Sequence record: PZ386965.1
Source: a phage
Direction: 5' to 3' (one strand)
DNA: 64,000 bases
The notes under the pieces were generated by a model. That model worked only from the letters and a program-made list of their open reading frames with translations. It was not told where the DNA came from and did not search any database. Made by a program: the position numbers and the translations under genes. Positions 45,245 to 55,422 of the stretch are shown piece by piece (the first letter of the stretch is position 1; each line of letters begins with the position of its first letter).

Positions 45245-45252
45245 TATTTATA
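45245..45252 (-). promoter_or_regulatory. T4-type late promoter (TATAAATA) for gene 4
   Basis: Exact TATAAATA on minus strand 27 nt upstream of gene 4 ATG; divergent from the gene 53 promoter. Confidence 0.5.
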
Positions 45253-45279
45253 CCAATTTCATATTGGAAGGAGACTATC

Positions 45280-45855
45280 TTGTTATTTACATTCTTCGAC
45301 CCAATAGGATATAGTGCTAAAACAGTTGATAAGAATGCACCTACTATTCCTATGACAGACATATTTCGTAACTATAAAGAGTACTTTAAGCGTGTGGCTG
45401 CCAATTATAGATTACGTTCTTATTACATTAAAGGCTCTCCACGTCCTGAAGAACTAGCAAACATAATTTATGGCAACCCGCAATTATACTGGGTTCTTTT
45501 GATGTGCAACGATAACTACGACCCGTATTATGGTTGGATTACATCTCAGGAAGCAGCGTATCAAGCGTCTATTCAGAAATATGCAAATGCTGGTGGAGAC
45601 CAAATTCTTTACCATATTAACGAGAACCGTGAGAAATTTTACAATTTAGTTTCATATCCGGATGAGCCTTTAGTGTGGTATGATAAAGGTGATGAAGCTC
45701 GTAAGTATCCACAATATAAAGGACCTTTAGCTGCAGTAGATACTTATGAAGCGGCAGTATTAGATAATGAAAAACTTCGTAAAATAAAAATTGTTGCAAA
45801 AGAAGATATAAACTCGTTTATTACTGATTTGATTCGTGAGATGGAGATTGCATAA
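45280..45855 (+). CDS. 53: baseplate wedge protein gp53
   Basis: 191 aa; begins at a TTG codon with AAGGAG SD 6 nt upstream (no in-frame ATG upstream); position before gene 5. Confidence 0.8.
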   Translation: MLFTFFDPIGYSAKTVDKNAPTIPMTDIFRNYKEYFKRVAANYRLRSYYIKGSPRPEELANIIYGNPQLYWVLLMCNDNYDPYYGWITSQEAAYQASIQKYANAGGDQILYHINENREKFYNLVSYPDEPLVWYDKGDEARKYPQYKGPLAAVDTYEAAVLDNEKLRKIKIVAKEDINSFITDLIREMEIA

Positions 45856-47588
45856 TGGAAATGATTAGCAGTAGCCTTAATTGGTTCGTGGGTGTTGTCG
45901 AGGACAGAATGGACCCATTAAAACAAGGACGAGTTCGAGTTCGAGTCGTTGGTCTTCATCCGGCACAGAGAGCACAAGGTGATGTACAAGGTATTCCTAC
46001 AGAAAAACTTCCATGGATGACTGTTATTCAACCTATTACGTCTGCGTCAATGTCAGGTATTGGTGGTTCTGTTACAGGTCCTGTTGAAGGAACTCGAGTA
46101 TATGGTCATTTCTTAGACAAATGGAAAACAAACGGGATTGTACTTGGTACATACGGCGGGATTGTACGTGAAAAGCCTAATAGACTTGAAGGTTTTTCTG
46201 ACCCTACAGGTCAATATCCACGACGTTTAGGTAATGATACGAACGTATTAAACCAAGGTGGTGAAGCTGGTTATTATTCAAACTCTAACGTAATTCAAGA
46301 TAACAACTTGGATTATGGTATAAACCCAGATGATACAGATTTAGCAAATATTCCAGAAGATGACGACCCTAATTTTACAATAACAGAAATGTTACGTCGT
46401 GACGAAGGTCTTCGTGATAAAGTGTATTGGGACCATCTCGGGTATCCTACAGTAGGTATTGGACACCTTATCGTAATGGAAAAGACCCGAGATATGTCTC
46501 GAATTAATAAATTGTTATCCGATCAAGTAGGGCGTGAAGTAACAGGAAATCCCGGGACTATTACATTAGAAGAAGCAACAGCGTTATTTGAGAAAGACCT
46601 TGCTAAGATGCAGAAAGACATTCGTTCTAATTCTAAAGTAGGTCCTGTTTATGCTAAAATGAACAGGTCTCGCCAAATGGCATTAGAAAACATGTGTTTC
46701 CAAATGGGCGTTGGTGGTGTAGCAAAATTCAATACTATGCTTAAAGCAATGGCCACAGGTGATTGGAAAACAGCATACAAATCTGGGCGTGATTCATTAT
46801 GGTTCCAACAGACTAAAGGTCGTGCTTCACGCGTAACAACAATTATTTTAACTGGTAACATGGAATCGTACGGTGTTCCTGTTAAAACACCACCTTCACC
46901 AGGAGTCGGTGCCGATTTAGTTACTAGAAATACCGATTCAGAAGACCCGGCCGGTCCTCCTGTTCCATTAGATTCACGTATCCTTTTTAAAGAACCGGAA
47001 TCAAGTTATCGCGGTGAGTATCCATACGTTCATGCTATGGAAACAGAAAGTGGTCATATCCAAGAATTTGACGATACTCCAGGTAATGAACGTTATCGAT
47101 TAGTTCATCCAACAGGGTCATATGAGGAAGTTTCTCCGTCTGGGCGTCGTACTCGTAAAACTGTAGAAGACCTTTTTGACATCACTAATGGTGATGGGAA
47201 CTTCTTGATTTCCGGTGATAAACTTGTTAACGTTGGTGCTAATGAAATATATTATAACATGGCAGACCGCCTCCATCAAATAGACGGCAATGACACAATC
47301 TTTATTCGTGGTAACCAAACTAAAACTGTTGAAGGCGATGGAACTCTTTACGTTAAGGGCAATATCAAAATAGTTGTTGACGGAAATGCAGATATTCTTG
47401 TTAAAGGTGATGCTAAAACTCAGGTTGAAGGGAACCATGATTACACCGTCAACGGAAACGTTAAATGGACTGTTAATGGTAATGTTGATATGACTGTTGC
47501 CGGGGATTGGGCAGAAACGATGTCCACAATGAGCTCAGTAGCTTCAGGACAATACACTGTTGACGGATCTCGTATTGATATTGGGTAA
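45855..47588 (+). CDS. 5: baseplate hub / cell-puncturing tail lysozyme gp5
   Basis: 577 aa; N-terminal OB domain, central lysozyme domain (DEGLRDKVYWDHLGYPTVGIGHL), C-terminal beta-helix VxGxxxxx repeats. Confidence 0.95.
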   Translation: MEMISSSLNWFVGVVEDRMDPLKQGRVRVRVVGLHPAQRAQGDVQGIPTEKLPWMTVIQPITSASMSGIGGSVTGPVEGTRVYGHFLDKWKTNGIVLGTYGGIVREKPNRLEGFSDPTGQYPRRLGNDTNVLNQGGEAGYYSNSNVIQDNNLDYGINPDDTDLANIPEDDDPNFTITEMLRRDEGLRDKVYWDHLGYPTVGIGHLIVMEKTRDMSRINKLLSDQVGREVTGNPGTITLEEATALFEKDLAKMQKDIRSNSKVGPVYAKMNRSRQMALENMCFQMGVGGVAKFNTMLKAMATGDWKTAYKSGRDSLWFQQTKGRASRVTTIILTGNMESYGVPVKTPPSPGVGADLVTRNTDSEDPAGPPVPLDSRILFKEPESSYRGEYPYVHAMETESGHIQEFDDTPGNERYRLVHPTGSYEEVSPSGRRTRKTVEDLFDITNGDGNFLISGDKLVNVGANEIYYNMADRLHQIDGNDTIFIRGNQTKTVEGDGTLYVKGNIKIVVDGNADILVKGDAKTQVEGNHDYTVNGNVKWTVNGNVDMTVAGDWAETMSTMSSVASGQYTVDGSRIDIG

Positions 47589-47591
47589 TAT

Positions 47592-48107
47592 ATGGCACAA
47601 ATACTTCCTTTAAATACCGACTTAGGAGAAGACATGGAAGGGGCGTCTATTGACGTCCTTTTTACTCCACAGTTAGAAACAACCGAAACTTTAGTGTCAA
47701 TAAATATAACAGATTATGAACCGACACAAGGCATTACGGTAGATGGTAATCGTTTATATGGAACATATGAAAGTGTGTTTAGCTTTTCTTCGGATGCATT
47801 GAAATACCGATTAAATGATGATTTTGAAACCGCATCTTCATGGGATGATTTACCGAAAGATGAATCCACACAGTTATATTTGTGGAGAGCTCCTCAGAAT
47901 CTTCGTAAAGTGTTTAGTTATACGGTTGAAATGATTTATAACTACCAAGAAGAAAGTTCATCAGGCGGCACAAGAAGTGACTCTGGTACAGAACCTCCAC
48001 CGGCTCCAGTACAAAAAACTCTTACTAAGGTTTATACAAAAACTATAGTAGGAAATTGGAGCAAATGGGCACAACAATTACGAAACTATGTTTATATGAG
48101 GCCATAA
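47592..48107 (+). CDS. 5.1: hypothetical protein gp5.1
   Basis: 171-aa ORF immediately after gene 5. Confidence 0.6.
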   Translation: MAQILPLNTDLGEDMEGASIDVLFTPQLETTETLVSINITDYEPTQGITVDGNRLYGTYESVFSFSSDALKYRLNDDFETASSWDDLPKDESTQLYLWRAPQNLRKVFSYTVEMIYNYQEESSSGGTRSDSGTEPPPAPVQKTLTKVYTKTIVGNWSKWAQQLRNYVYMRP

Positions 48108-48109
48108 AA

Positions 48110-48403
48110 ATGTCTGGCTTAAGTTACGACCAGTGCGTTACAACAGGTCATGAAGCATGGCCTCCTACGGTAATTAACGCTTCTCAATCTAAAGTATTCA
48201 CCGGTGGTATTCCTGTTCTTGTAGCAGGAGACCAAATAACACCTCATACAGAAATTAAAAAACCATACGAGACTCATGGAGGTGTTACTGAACCTCGTAC
48301 ATCTAAAGTATACGTCACCGGTAAAAAGGCCGTTCAAATGGCTGACCCAATTTCATGCGGGGATACTGTTTCTCAGGCCTCGTCAAAAGTCTTTATAAAA
48401 TAG
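48110..48403 (+). CDS. 5.4: PAAR-repeat spike tip protein gp5.4
   Basis: 97 aa from [19 protein letters not shown]; matches recalled T4 gp5.4. Confidence 0.85.
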   Translation: MSGLSYDQCVTTGHEAWPPTVINASQSKVFTGGIPVLVAGDQITPHTEIKKPYETHGGVTEPRTSKVYVTGKKAVQMADPISCGDTVSQASSKVFIK

Positions 48404-48411
48404 GAATTAAA

Positions 48412-50385
48412 ATGGCAAACACTCCTGTAAATTATCAATTAACCCGAACAGCGAATGCTATTCCCGAGATTTTTATCGGGGGCACATTTGCCGAAATCAA
48501 ACAAAACATTATCGAATGGCTCCACGGGCAGAATGAATTTCTTGATTATGATTTTGAAGGTTCACGCTTAAACGTATTGTGCGACCTTTTAGCATATAAC
48601 ACTCTTTACATCCAACAGTTCAGTAATAGTGCAGTGTATGAAAGTTTTATGCGTACGGCAAACTTGCGTAGTTCTGTTGTACAAGCGGCTCAAGATAACG
48701 GATATCTGCCTTCATCTAAATCAGCAGCACAAACAGAAATTATGCTCACATGTACGGATGCATTAAATAGAAACTATATCACCATTCCACGTGGCACTCG
48801 TTTCTTAGCATACGCTAAAGATACTTCTGTTAACCCGTATAACTTTGTTTCTACTGAAGATGTCATTGTAGTTAAAGACAAAAATAATCAATATTTCCCA
48901 CGTCTTCGATTAGCTCAGGGTCGTATTGTTCGCACTGAATTAACATTTGATAAATTAAAACCTATCATTATTCGTGATAAGAACATTGACCGTAATTTGG
49001 TTAAGTTGTATGTTGACGGGGCAGAATGGATTAACTGGACTCGTAAGTCGATGGTTCACGCCGGTTCTACATCAACAATCTATTATATGCGTGAAACTGT
49101 TGATGGTAACACCGAATTTTATTTTGGTGAAGGCGAAATCTCTATTAACACATCAGAGGGTGCGTTAACATCTAACTATATTGGTGGCCTTAAACCTGTT
49201 CAGGGTTCTAAAATCGTAATTGAGTATATTTCTACTAATGGTGCAGATGCTAACGGAGCTGTAGGATTTTCTTATGCTGATACATTAGCTAATATCACGG
49301 TAATCGATATTAACGAGAACCCTAGCAATAACCCAGACTTTGTTGGGGCTGACGGTGGTGGTGACCCTGAAGATATTGAACGTATCCGCGAATTAGGCAC
49401 AATTAAACGCGAAACTCAACAACGTTGTGTAACCGCTTCCGACTATGACACATTCGTTTCTGAGCGGTTTGGTTCTATTATTCAAGCAGTTCAAACATTC
49501 ACAGATTCATCTAAACCAGGGTACGCATATATTGCCGCTAAGCCTAAATCTGGATTGTATTTGACTTCTGTCCAACGTGATGATATCAAAAATTATTTGA
49601 ATGATTATAACTTAGGGACTATTACACCTGTTGTTATTTCGCCTGATTATTTGTTTATCAAAATGAATATCAAAGTTACATACGCGTTGAATAAACTTCA
49701 AGAATCAGAGCAATACCTTGAAGGACAGATTATTAATAAAATTGACCGTTATTATATCGAAGATGTAGAAATTTTTAACTCATCGTTTGCAAAATCTAAA
49801 ATGCTAACTTATGTCGATGATGCAGATATTTCTATTATTGGTTCTTCGGCTACTATTCAAATGGTTCGCGAAGTACAGAACTTTTATAAAACGCCTGAGG
49901 CCGGTATTAAATACAATAATCAGATTAAAGATAGATCGATGGAATCTAATATATTCTCGTTTGATTCACACAGACCTAATCCAGAAAATGCAAACGAAAC
50001 TATTAAATACGGCGTTCGCATAGTATCTTCTGACCGTAATGACCGTGGCATAGGTCAAGTTATTATTGGTCCATTTGCAGACGGTGATGTTGTTGAAAAC
50101 GAAAATATACAACCTTATACAGGTAATGATTTTAATAAACTTGCTGTTACTGACGGACGAAACAAATACTATTCAATTGGTGAAGTGAATTATCCTGCCG
50201 ATTCGATTTATTGGAACATTGCTAAAATTGACCTCACTTCAGACCGTTTTGAAGTTCAAACAATTGAACTTTATTCCGACCCTGCAGATGATATTATTTT
50301 TACAAAGGATGGTTCTTTAATCGTATTTGAAAATGACTTACGTCCTCAGTACTTAACTATAGATTTGGAGCCTATTTCACAATGA
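48412..50385 (+). CDS. 6: baseplate wedge protein gp6
   Basis: 657 aa from MANTPVNYQLTRTANAIPEIF; ORF-track extension rejected. Confidence 0.9.
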   Translation: MANTPVNYQLTRTANAIPEIFIGGTFAEIKQNIIEWLHGQNEFLDYDFEGSRLNVLCDLLAYNTLYIQQFSNSAVYESFMRTANLRSSVVQAAQDNGYLPSSKSAAQTEIMLTCTDALNRNYITIPRGTRFLAYAKDTSVNPYNFVSTEDVIVVKDKNNQYFPRLRLAQGRIVRTELTFDKLKPIIIRDKNIDRNLVKLYVDGAEWINWTRKSMVHAGSTSTIYYMRETVDGNTEFYFGEGEISINTSEGALTSNYIGGLKPVQGSKIVIEYISTNGADANGAVGFSYADTLANITVIDINENPSNNPDFVGADGGGDPEDIERIRELGTIKRETQQRCVTASDYDTFVSERFGSIIQAVQTFTDSSKPGYAYIAAKPKSGLYLTSVQRDDIKNYLNDYNLGTITPVVISPDYLFIKMNIKVTYALNKLQESEQYLEGQIINKIDRYYIEDVEIFNSSFAKSKMLTYVDDADISIIGSSATIQMVREVQNFYKTPEAGIKYNNQIKDRSMESNIFSFDSHRPNPENANETIKYGVRIVSSDRNDRGIGQVIIGPFADGDVVENENIQPYTGNDFNKLAVTDGRNKYYSIGEVNYPADSIYWNIAKIDLTSDRFEVQTIELYSDPADDIIFTKDGSLIVFENDLRPQYLTIDLEPISQ

Positions 50386-53300
50386 CAGTAAAAGCGCCAG
50401 CAGTCACAAGTCTCAGAATATCCAAGTTGTCCGCTAACCAAGTTCAAATACGCTGGGATGACGTTGGTGCTAATTTCTACTATTTCGTAGAAATCGCTGA
50501 GACTAAAACGGCAGACGGGGAAACAATTCCTCCTGCCAGCTACAGATGGATAAATTTAGGATATACTCCTAATAGCAACTGGTTCGAAAGTAGCTTAGAC
50601 CCATTAACTTCTTATATTATTCGTGTATCAACTGCCGCTGAAGGCTTCGAGAGATCTGATTGGGTATATACCGAAATATTTGAATCATTTCAGACTAACG
50701 CGTATACATTTCAACATATGATTGAAATGCAATTGGCTAACACTTTTATTAGAGAAAAATTTACAAATAACAACACGGCTTATGTCGATTTTAATAACGA
50801 CACTATAATGGCAGCTCTAATGAATGAATCGTTCCAATTTAGCCCTGCTTATGCGGATATTTCATCTATTAAAAATTTCATTATTGGCGAAAATGAGTAT
50901 CATGAAATTCAAGGTTCGATTCAACAGGTGTGTCATGATATAAACCGTGTTTATTTGATGGAATCTGAAGGAATTCTTTATTTGTTTGAACGGTATCAGC
51001 CTGTGGTTAAAGTCTCTAATGATAAGGGACAAACCTGGAAATCGGTTAAATTGTTTAATGACCGTGTAGGGTACCCTGTATCAAGAACAGTGTATTACCA
51101 AACAGGTTATACCACGTATGTTCTTGGGTATGATAAATTATTTTACGGCCGTAAATCAACTGACGTTCGTTGGTCTGCTGATGATGTGAGATTTAGTTCT
51201 CAAGATATAACATTTGCTAAAATTGGTGACCAGTTAAATTTAGGATTTGATGTAGAAATATTTGGTAACTACGCATCATTACCTGCTAACGTATCACGTA
51301 TTGCAGAAGCTATCGTTTGCAACGACGATTATGTATACGTTGCTGCTCGAGATAAAGTTCGTTTTATTAAAACTAGCAATGCCCCTATTGATTCAGACCC
51401 GTTATCTCCGACATATTCCGAACGTTTGTTTGAACAAGAAACATTTAACATCACAGGTAACCCTAAGGCAGTTTGCTATAAAATGGATTCTGTTGGCGGT
51501 AAAATATTTGCACTGATTATCGGCGAAGTTGTTAATCTTAATGACGACCCGAGGACCACTCCTATTGTTGATTCTGCTGATAAGGGCGTTTACGTTCTAG
51601 ACCATGATGCTGGCACATTTAAACGTGTGTTTGGTAATACTGAAGAAGAACGCCGTCGTATTGAACCTGGGTACACCAGTATGTCTACTGATGGTGTTGA
51701 GTTATCTATTTCATCTAGTAATTTTAAATTTCTAGAATCGGATATTGTTGATGACCCAAAAACACAAATCAAGTACGGTTTAATCGGTGCTGTTAAATAT
51801 GAGTATCCTCGCGAATGGTTGGCTGATAAACATTATCATATGATGGCATTTATTTCAACTGAAGACTCTCAATGGGAATCGTTCACTCCCCAACCAATGG
51901 AATACTACGCTGAGCCATTCTTTAGTTATTCTAGAAAGTCTGGTACTCGTTGTTGGATTAATAACTCGGACAAGGCCGTTGTAATTTATTCTGATTTACT
52001 TTACACTAAGGTTATTGAGAATCATCCACTTAGTTCTTCAGACCGTGAAGTTCATGAATATTGGAAGGACGGTGACTGTACAATAGTGATGCCTAACGTG
52101 GATTTCACCGGATTTAAAAAATATGCATCCGGCATGATTTTCTATAAATCATCGGGTGAGATTATTTCTTATTATGATTTTAGTTATCGTGTTAGAGATA
52201 ATGTTTCTATAATTTGGAAGCCTACTAATATATTCTTAACAGCATCGTTACAAAACCAAGAAAAAGATACCACATGGACTCCTGTAGAAGAGAACGGCAT
52301 TGCGGACCCAGATTTACGACCATTGCTCACTACAATGATGCCGGAGTCTTATCTTTTAGATAATACAAACTTCGAAGCATTCTGCGAGGCTTATATTCAG
52401 TATCTTTCTGACGGTTATGGGACCCATTATAACAACCTTTTGAATCTTATTAAAAATCAATATCCGCGAGAAGAACATGCGTGGGAATATTTATGGTCTG
52501 AGATTTATAAACGAAACATTTACTTAAACGCCGAAAAACGCGATTTAGTGTCTCGTTTCTTTGAATCAAGAAGTTATGACTTCTATTCAACTAAAGGAAC
52601 TGAAGCGTCATATAAATTCTTGTTTAAAGTGCTTTATAATGAAGATGTTGAAATTGAAATTGAATCTAGTTCCGGGACCGAATATGATATCATCATTGAA
52701 TCTGATTCGTTGACAGAAGATTTGGTCGGACAAACCATATACACCGCTACAGGACGTTGTAATGTGACGTATATCGAGAGAAGTTACTCTAAAGGTAAAT
52801 TACAATGGACTGTAACAATTCACAACCTCTTAGGTCGTTTAATCCAAGGACAGGAAGTTAAAGCTGAAAGACTCCCGGGTTTTGAAGGTGAAATTGTTCG
52901 TGGTATTAAAGGTAAAGAGCTTTCTCAGAACAACATCGATTACATAAATCGTGGTAGAGCATACTACGTAATGAAGATTAAATCTAAACTTCCATCATCT
53001 CGTTGGAAATCAGACGTATTACGTTTTGTTCATCCGGTTGGATTTGGATTTATCGCAATTACCCTTCTCACAATGTTTATTAACACCGGATTAACACTTA
53101 AACATGTTGAAACCATTATTAATAAATACAAAAACTATAAGTGGGATTCTGGATTACCGACTAAATATGCAGACCGAGTGGCTAAATTAGACCCACAAGG
53201 AAATGTTGAGTTTGACCCTATTACAGGTAAAGCGATATATGAAATAGGCCCTATGGCCGGTCAAGATTATCCATTGCCTGAAGATTATAACGCTGAAAAC

Positions 53301-53480
53301 AATAACTCCATATTTCAAGGTCAACTTCCATCGGAACGACGTAAACTGATGAGCCCATTATTTGATGCGTCCGGAACAACATTCTCTAGATTTAGAGATT
53401 TGGTTGAACAACGGTTAATCGATAATGTAGGAAATCCAAGAGACCCCGTGAATCCACCACAGGTTAAATTAGATGAATGA
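50382..53480 (+). CDS. 7: baseplate wedge initiator gp7
   Basis: 1032 aa, same length as T4 gp7; start overlaps gene 6 stop. Confidence 0.9.
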   Translation: MTVKAPAVTSLRISKLSANQVQIRWDDVGANFYYFVEIAETKTADGETIPPASYRWINLGYTPNSNWFESSLDPLTSYIIRVSTAAEGFERSDWVYTEIFESFQTNAYTFQHMIEMQLANTFIREKFTNNNTAYVDFNNDTIMAALMNESFQFSPAYADISSIKNFIIGENEYHEIQGSIQQVCHDINRVYLMESEGILYLFERYQPVVKVSNDKGQTWKSVKLFNDRVGYPVSRTVYYQTGYTTYVLGYDKLFYGRKSTDVRWSADDVRFSSQDITFAKIGDQLNLGFDVEIFGNYASLPANVSRIAEAIVCNDDYVYVAARDKVRFIKTSNAPIDSDPLSPTYSERLFEQETFNITGNPKAVCYKMDSVGGKIFALIIGEVVNLNDDPRTTPIVDSADKGVYVLDHDAGTFKRVFGNTEEERRRIEPGYTSMSTDGVELSISSSNFKFLESDIVDDPKTQIKYGLIGAVKYEYPREWLADKHYHMMAFISTEDSQWESFTPQPMEYYAEPFFSYSRKSGTRCWINNSDKAVVIYSDLLYTKVIENHPLSSSDREVHEYWKDGDCTIVMPNVDFTGFKKYASGMIFYKSSGEIISYYDFSYRVRDNVSIIWKPTNIFLTASLQNQEKDTTWTPVEENGIADPDLRPLLTTMMPESYLLDNTNFEAFCEAYIQYLSDGYGTHYNNLLNLIKNQYPREEHAWEYLWSEIYKRNIYLNAEKRDLVSRFFESRSYDFYSTKGTEASYKFLFKVLYNEDVEIEIESSSGTEYDIIIESDSLTEDLVGQTIYTATGRCNVTYIERSYSKGKLQWTVTIHNLLGRLIQGQEVKAERLPGFEGEIVRGIKGKELSQNNIDYINRGRAYYVMKIKSKLPSSRWKSDVLRFVHPVGFGFIAITLLTMFINTGLTLKHVETIINKYKNYKWDSGLPTKYADRVAKLDPQGNVEFDPITGKAIYEIGPMAGQDYPLPEDYNAENNNSIFQGQLPSERRKLMSPLFDASGTTFSRFRDLVEQRLIDNVGNPRDPVNPPQVKLDE

Positions 53481-54477
53481 TTCAAGTGTTATCTATCGTG
53501 CAATAGTTACATCAAAATTTAGAACAGAGAAAATGCTGAATTTTTATAATTCGGTTGGGGATGGAGATGATAAGAACTCCATTTATATTACGTTTGGGCG
53601 TTCAGAGCCTTGGGCGTCAAATGAAAATGAGGTGGGCTTCGCCCCACCTTATCCTACAGATTCTGTTCTTGGTGTTACTGATATGTGGACCCATATGATG
53701 GGTACCGTTAAAGTTTTACCTTCAATGTTAGATTCTGTTATTCCTAGGCGTGATTGGGGAGATGTGCGATATCCAGACCCTTACACGTTTAGAATTAACG
53801 ATATAGTCGCATGTAATACTGCTCCATACAACGCGACAGAAGTTGGAGCCGGTTGGTTAATTTACCGTTGTTTAGACGTCCCTGACGTAGGGCTCTGTTC
53901 AATAGAATCTTTAGATAATAAAGATGAATGTCTTAAATTAGGTGGTAAATGGACCCCGTCTGTTCGTTCTATGTCTCCTCCTGAAGGCAGAGGCGATGCT
54001 AATGGGGTTATCGAAACCGGTGATGGATATATTTGGGAATACCTTTATGAGATTCCTGCCGATGTGTCAATTAACCGTTGCACTAATGAATATCTTGTAG
54101 TTCCATGGCCGGAAGAAATTAAAGAAGACCCTACGCGTTGGGGATACGAAAATAACTTAACTTGGCAACAAGATGACTACGGCTTGATTTACCGTGTTAA
54201 AGCCAATACGATGCGGTTTAAAGCATATTTTGATTCTGTTTATTTCCCTGAGGCAGCTTTGCCTGGTAACAAGGGTTTTAGACAGATATCAATTATCACA
54301 AACCCATTAGAAGCTAAGAAAAATCCAAATGACCCTAATGTTAAAGCAGAAAAGGATTATTACGACCCTAGAGACCTGCAACGTCATTCAGGTGAAATGA
54401 TTTATATGGAAAACCGACCACCTGTTATTATGGCAATGGACCAAACAGAAGAAATTAACATTTTGTTTATGTTTTAA
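53473..54477 (+). CDS. 8: baseplate wedge protein gp8
   Basis: 334 aa, same length as T4 gp8. Confidence 0.9.
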   Translation: MNDSSVIYRAIVTSKFRTEKMLNFYNSVGDGDDKNSIYITFGRSEPWASNENEVGFAPPYPTDSVLGVTDMWTHMMGTVKVLPSMLDSVIPRRDWGDVRYPDPYTFRINDIVACNTAPYNATEVGAGWLIYRCLDVPDVGLCSIESLDNKDECLKLGGKWTPSVRSMSPPEGRGDANGVIETGDGYIWEYLYEIPADVSINRCTNEYLVVPWPEEIKEDPTRWGYENNLTWQQDDYGLIYRVKANTMRFKAYFDSVYFPEAALPGNKGFRQISIITNPLEAKKNPNDPNVKAEKDYYDPRDLQRHSGEMIYMENRPPVIMAMDQTEEINILFMF

Positions 54478-54480
54478 TTA

Positions 54481-54504
54481 GGGAGCCTTCGGGCTCCCAT
54501 TTTT
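54481..54504 (+). terminator. intrinsic terminator after gene 8
   Basis: GGGAGCC-TTCG-GGCTCCC hairpin followed by ATTTTT. Confidence 0.65.
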
Positions 54505-54509
54505 GTATC

Positions 54510-54517
54510 TATAAATA
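54510..54517 (+). promoter_or_regulatory. T4-type late promoter (TATAAATA) for gene 9
   Basis: Exact TATAAATA 33 nt upstream of gene 9 ATG, just after terminator. Confidence 0.55.
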
Positions 54518-54549
54518 GAATATAATATCGGACAACAAAAGGCAGAATT

Positions 54550-55422
54550 ATGGCATTTTTTAAGCAAACTCCTAAACAATTAATCGATACCGGCGAAATT
54601 GGTAATGCCTCAACAGGCGATATCTTATTCGACGGTGGTAATAAAATAAATGACGATATCAATGCTATTTACAATGCATTTGGCGATCAACGTAAAATGG
54701 CCGTAGCAGATGGAACCGGACCTACAGGTCAAACTATTCATGCCACAGGTTATTATCAAAAAGGAAAGGCAGCCGATTATCAAACTCCTATTAAACCAGG
54801 CACTATGCATGATATTGATGCTTCTGATGGTGGTGTGATTGTTATTATTGACCGTCCTGAATTAGGTGACTCTGTAGAATTCATAAACTCTAATGGGTCT
54901 ATTTCTGTTAACAATCCTTTAAGTATCCAAGTAACCGATGGTTCGATTAAAGGTGTTCTTAATAATCTTGTTATTTCCACACCTTATACCCATGTTGTTC
55001 TTCGTTGTGTTGAAATTAATGGGCCAACTTCAGTATGGAATTATTCTACTGATAGCATGTTTGGACAGAAAGAATCTCCTGTTGATGGGACTTGGAGTCT
55101 TACAGGAAACACAGTTTCTATTCCTCTGTTTTATCGCACGGATTATAACATGGCTAAATTGCTTGTTACATGCCAATCTGCTGACGGTAGAAAAATAAAA
55201 ACATGCGAAATAAATATTCTAATAGATACAATTAACTCAGAAGTTCTTTCTACCGAATTTGCAGTAATGCGAGTTGGTAATGTGGATGAAACAGACGAGA
55301 TTGCTAATATTAGCTTTAGTATTATTAACAACTTTGCTACTATGACGATTACATCCGATATTATTGGATTACGTTCAGCAGTTAAAATTATCTCAACTCA
55401 GAAAATTGGGGTCGCTCAATAA
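54550..55422 (+). CDS. 9: baseplate protein gp9 (long tail fibre socket)
   Basis: 290 aa; position and length as T4 gp9. Confidence 0.85.
   Translation: MAFFKQTPKQLIDTGEIGNASTGDILFDGGNKINDDINAIYNAFGDQRKMAVADGTGPTGQTIHATGYYQKGKAADYQTPIKPGTMHDIDASDGGVIVIIDRPELGDSVEFINSNGSISVNNPLSIQVTDGSIKGVLNNLVISTPYTHVVLRCVEINGPTSVWNYSTDSMFGQKESPVDGTWSLTGNTVSIPLFYRTDYNMAKLLVTCQSADGRKIKTCEINILIDTINSEVLSTEFAVMRVGNVDETDEIANISFSIINNFATMTITSDIIGLRSAVKIISTQKIGVAQ

Noticed and set aside
48390-48402. TATAAAAT upstream of gene 6 as a late promoter
   Set aside because: Only 6 of 8 matches to TATAAATA, and gene 6 is probably co-transcribed from the gene 53 promoter
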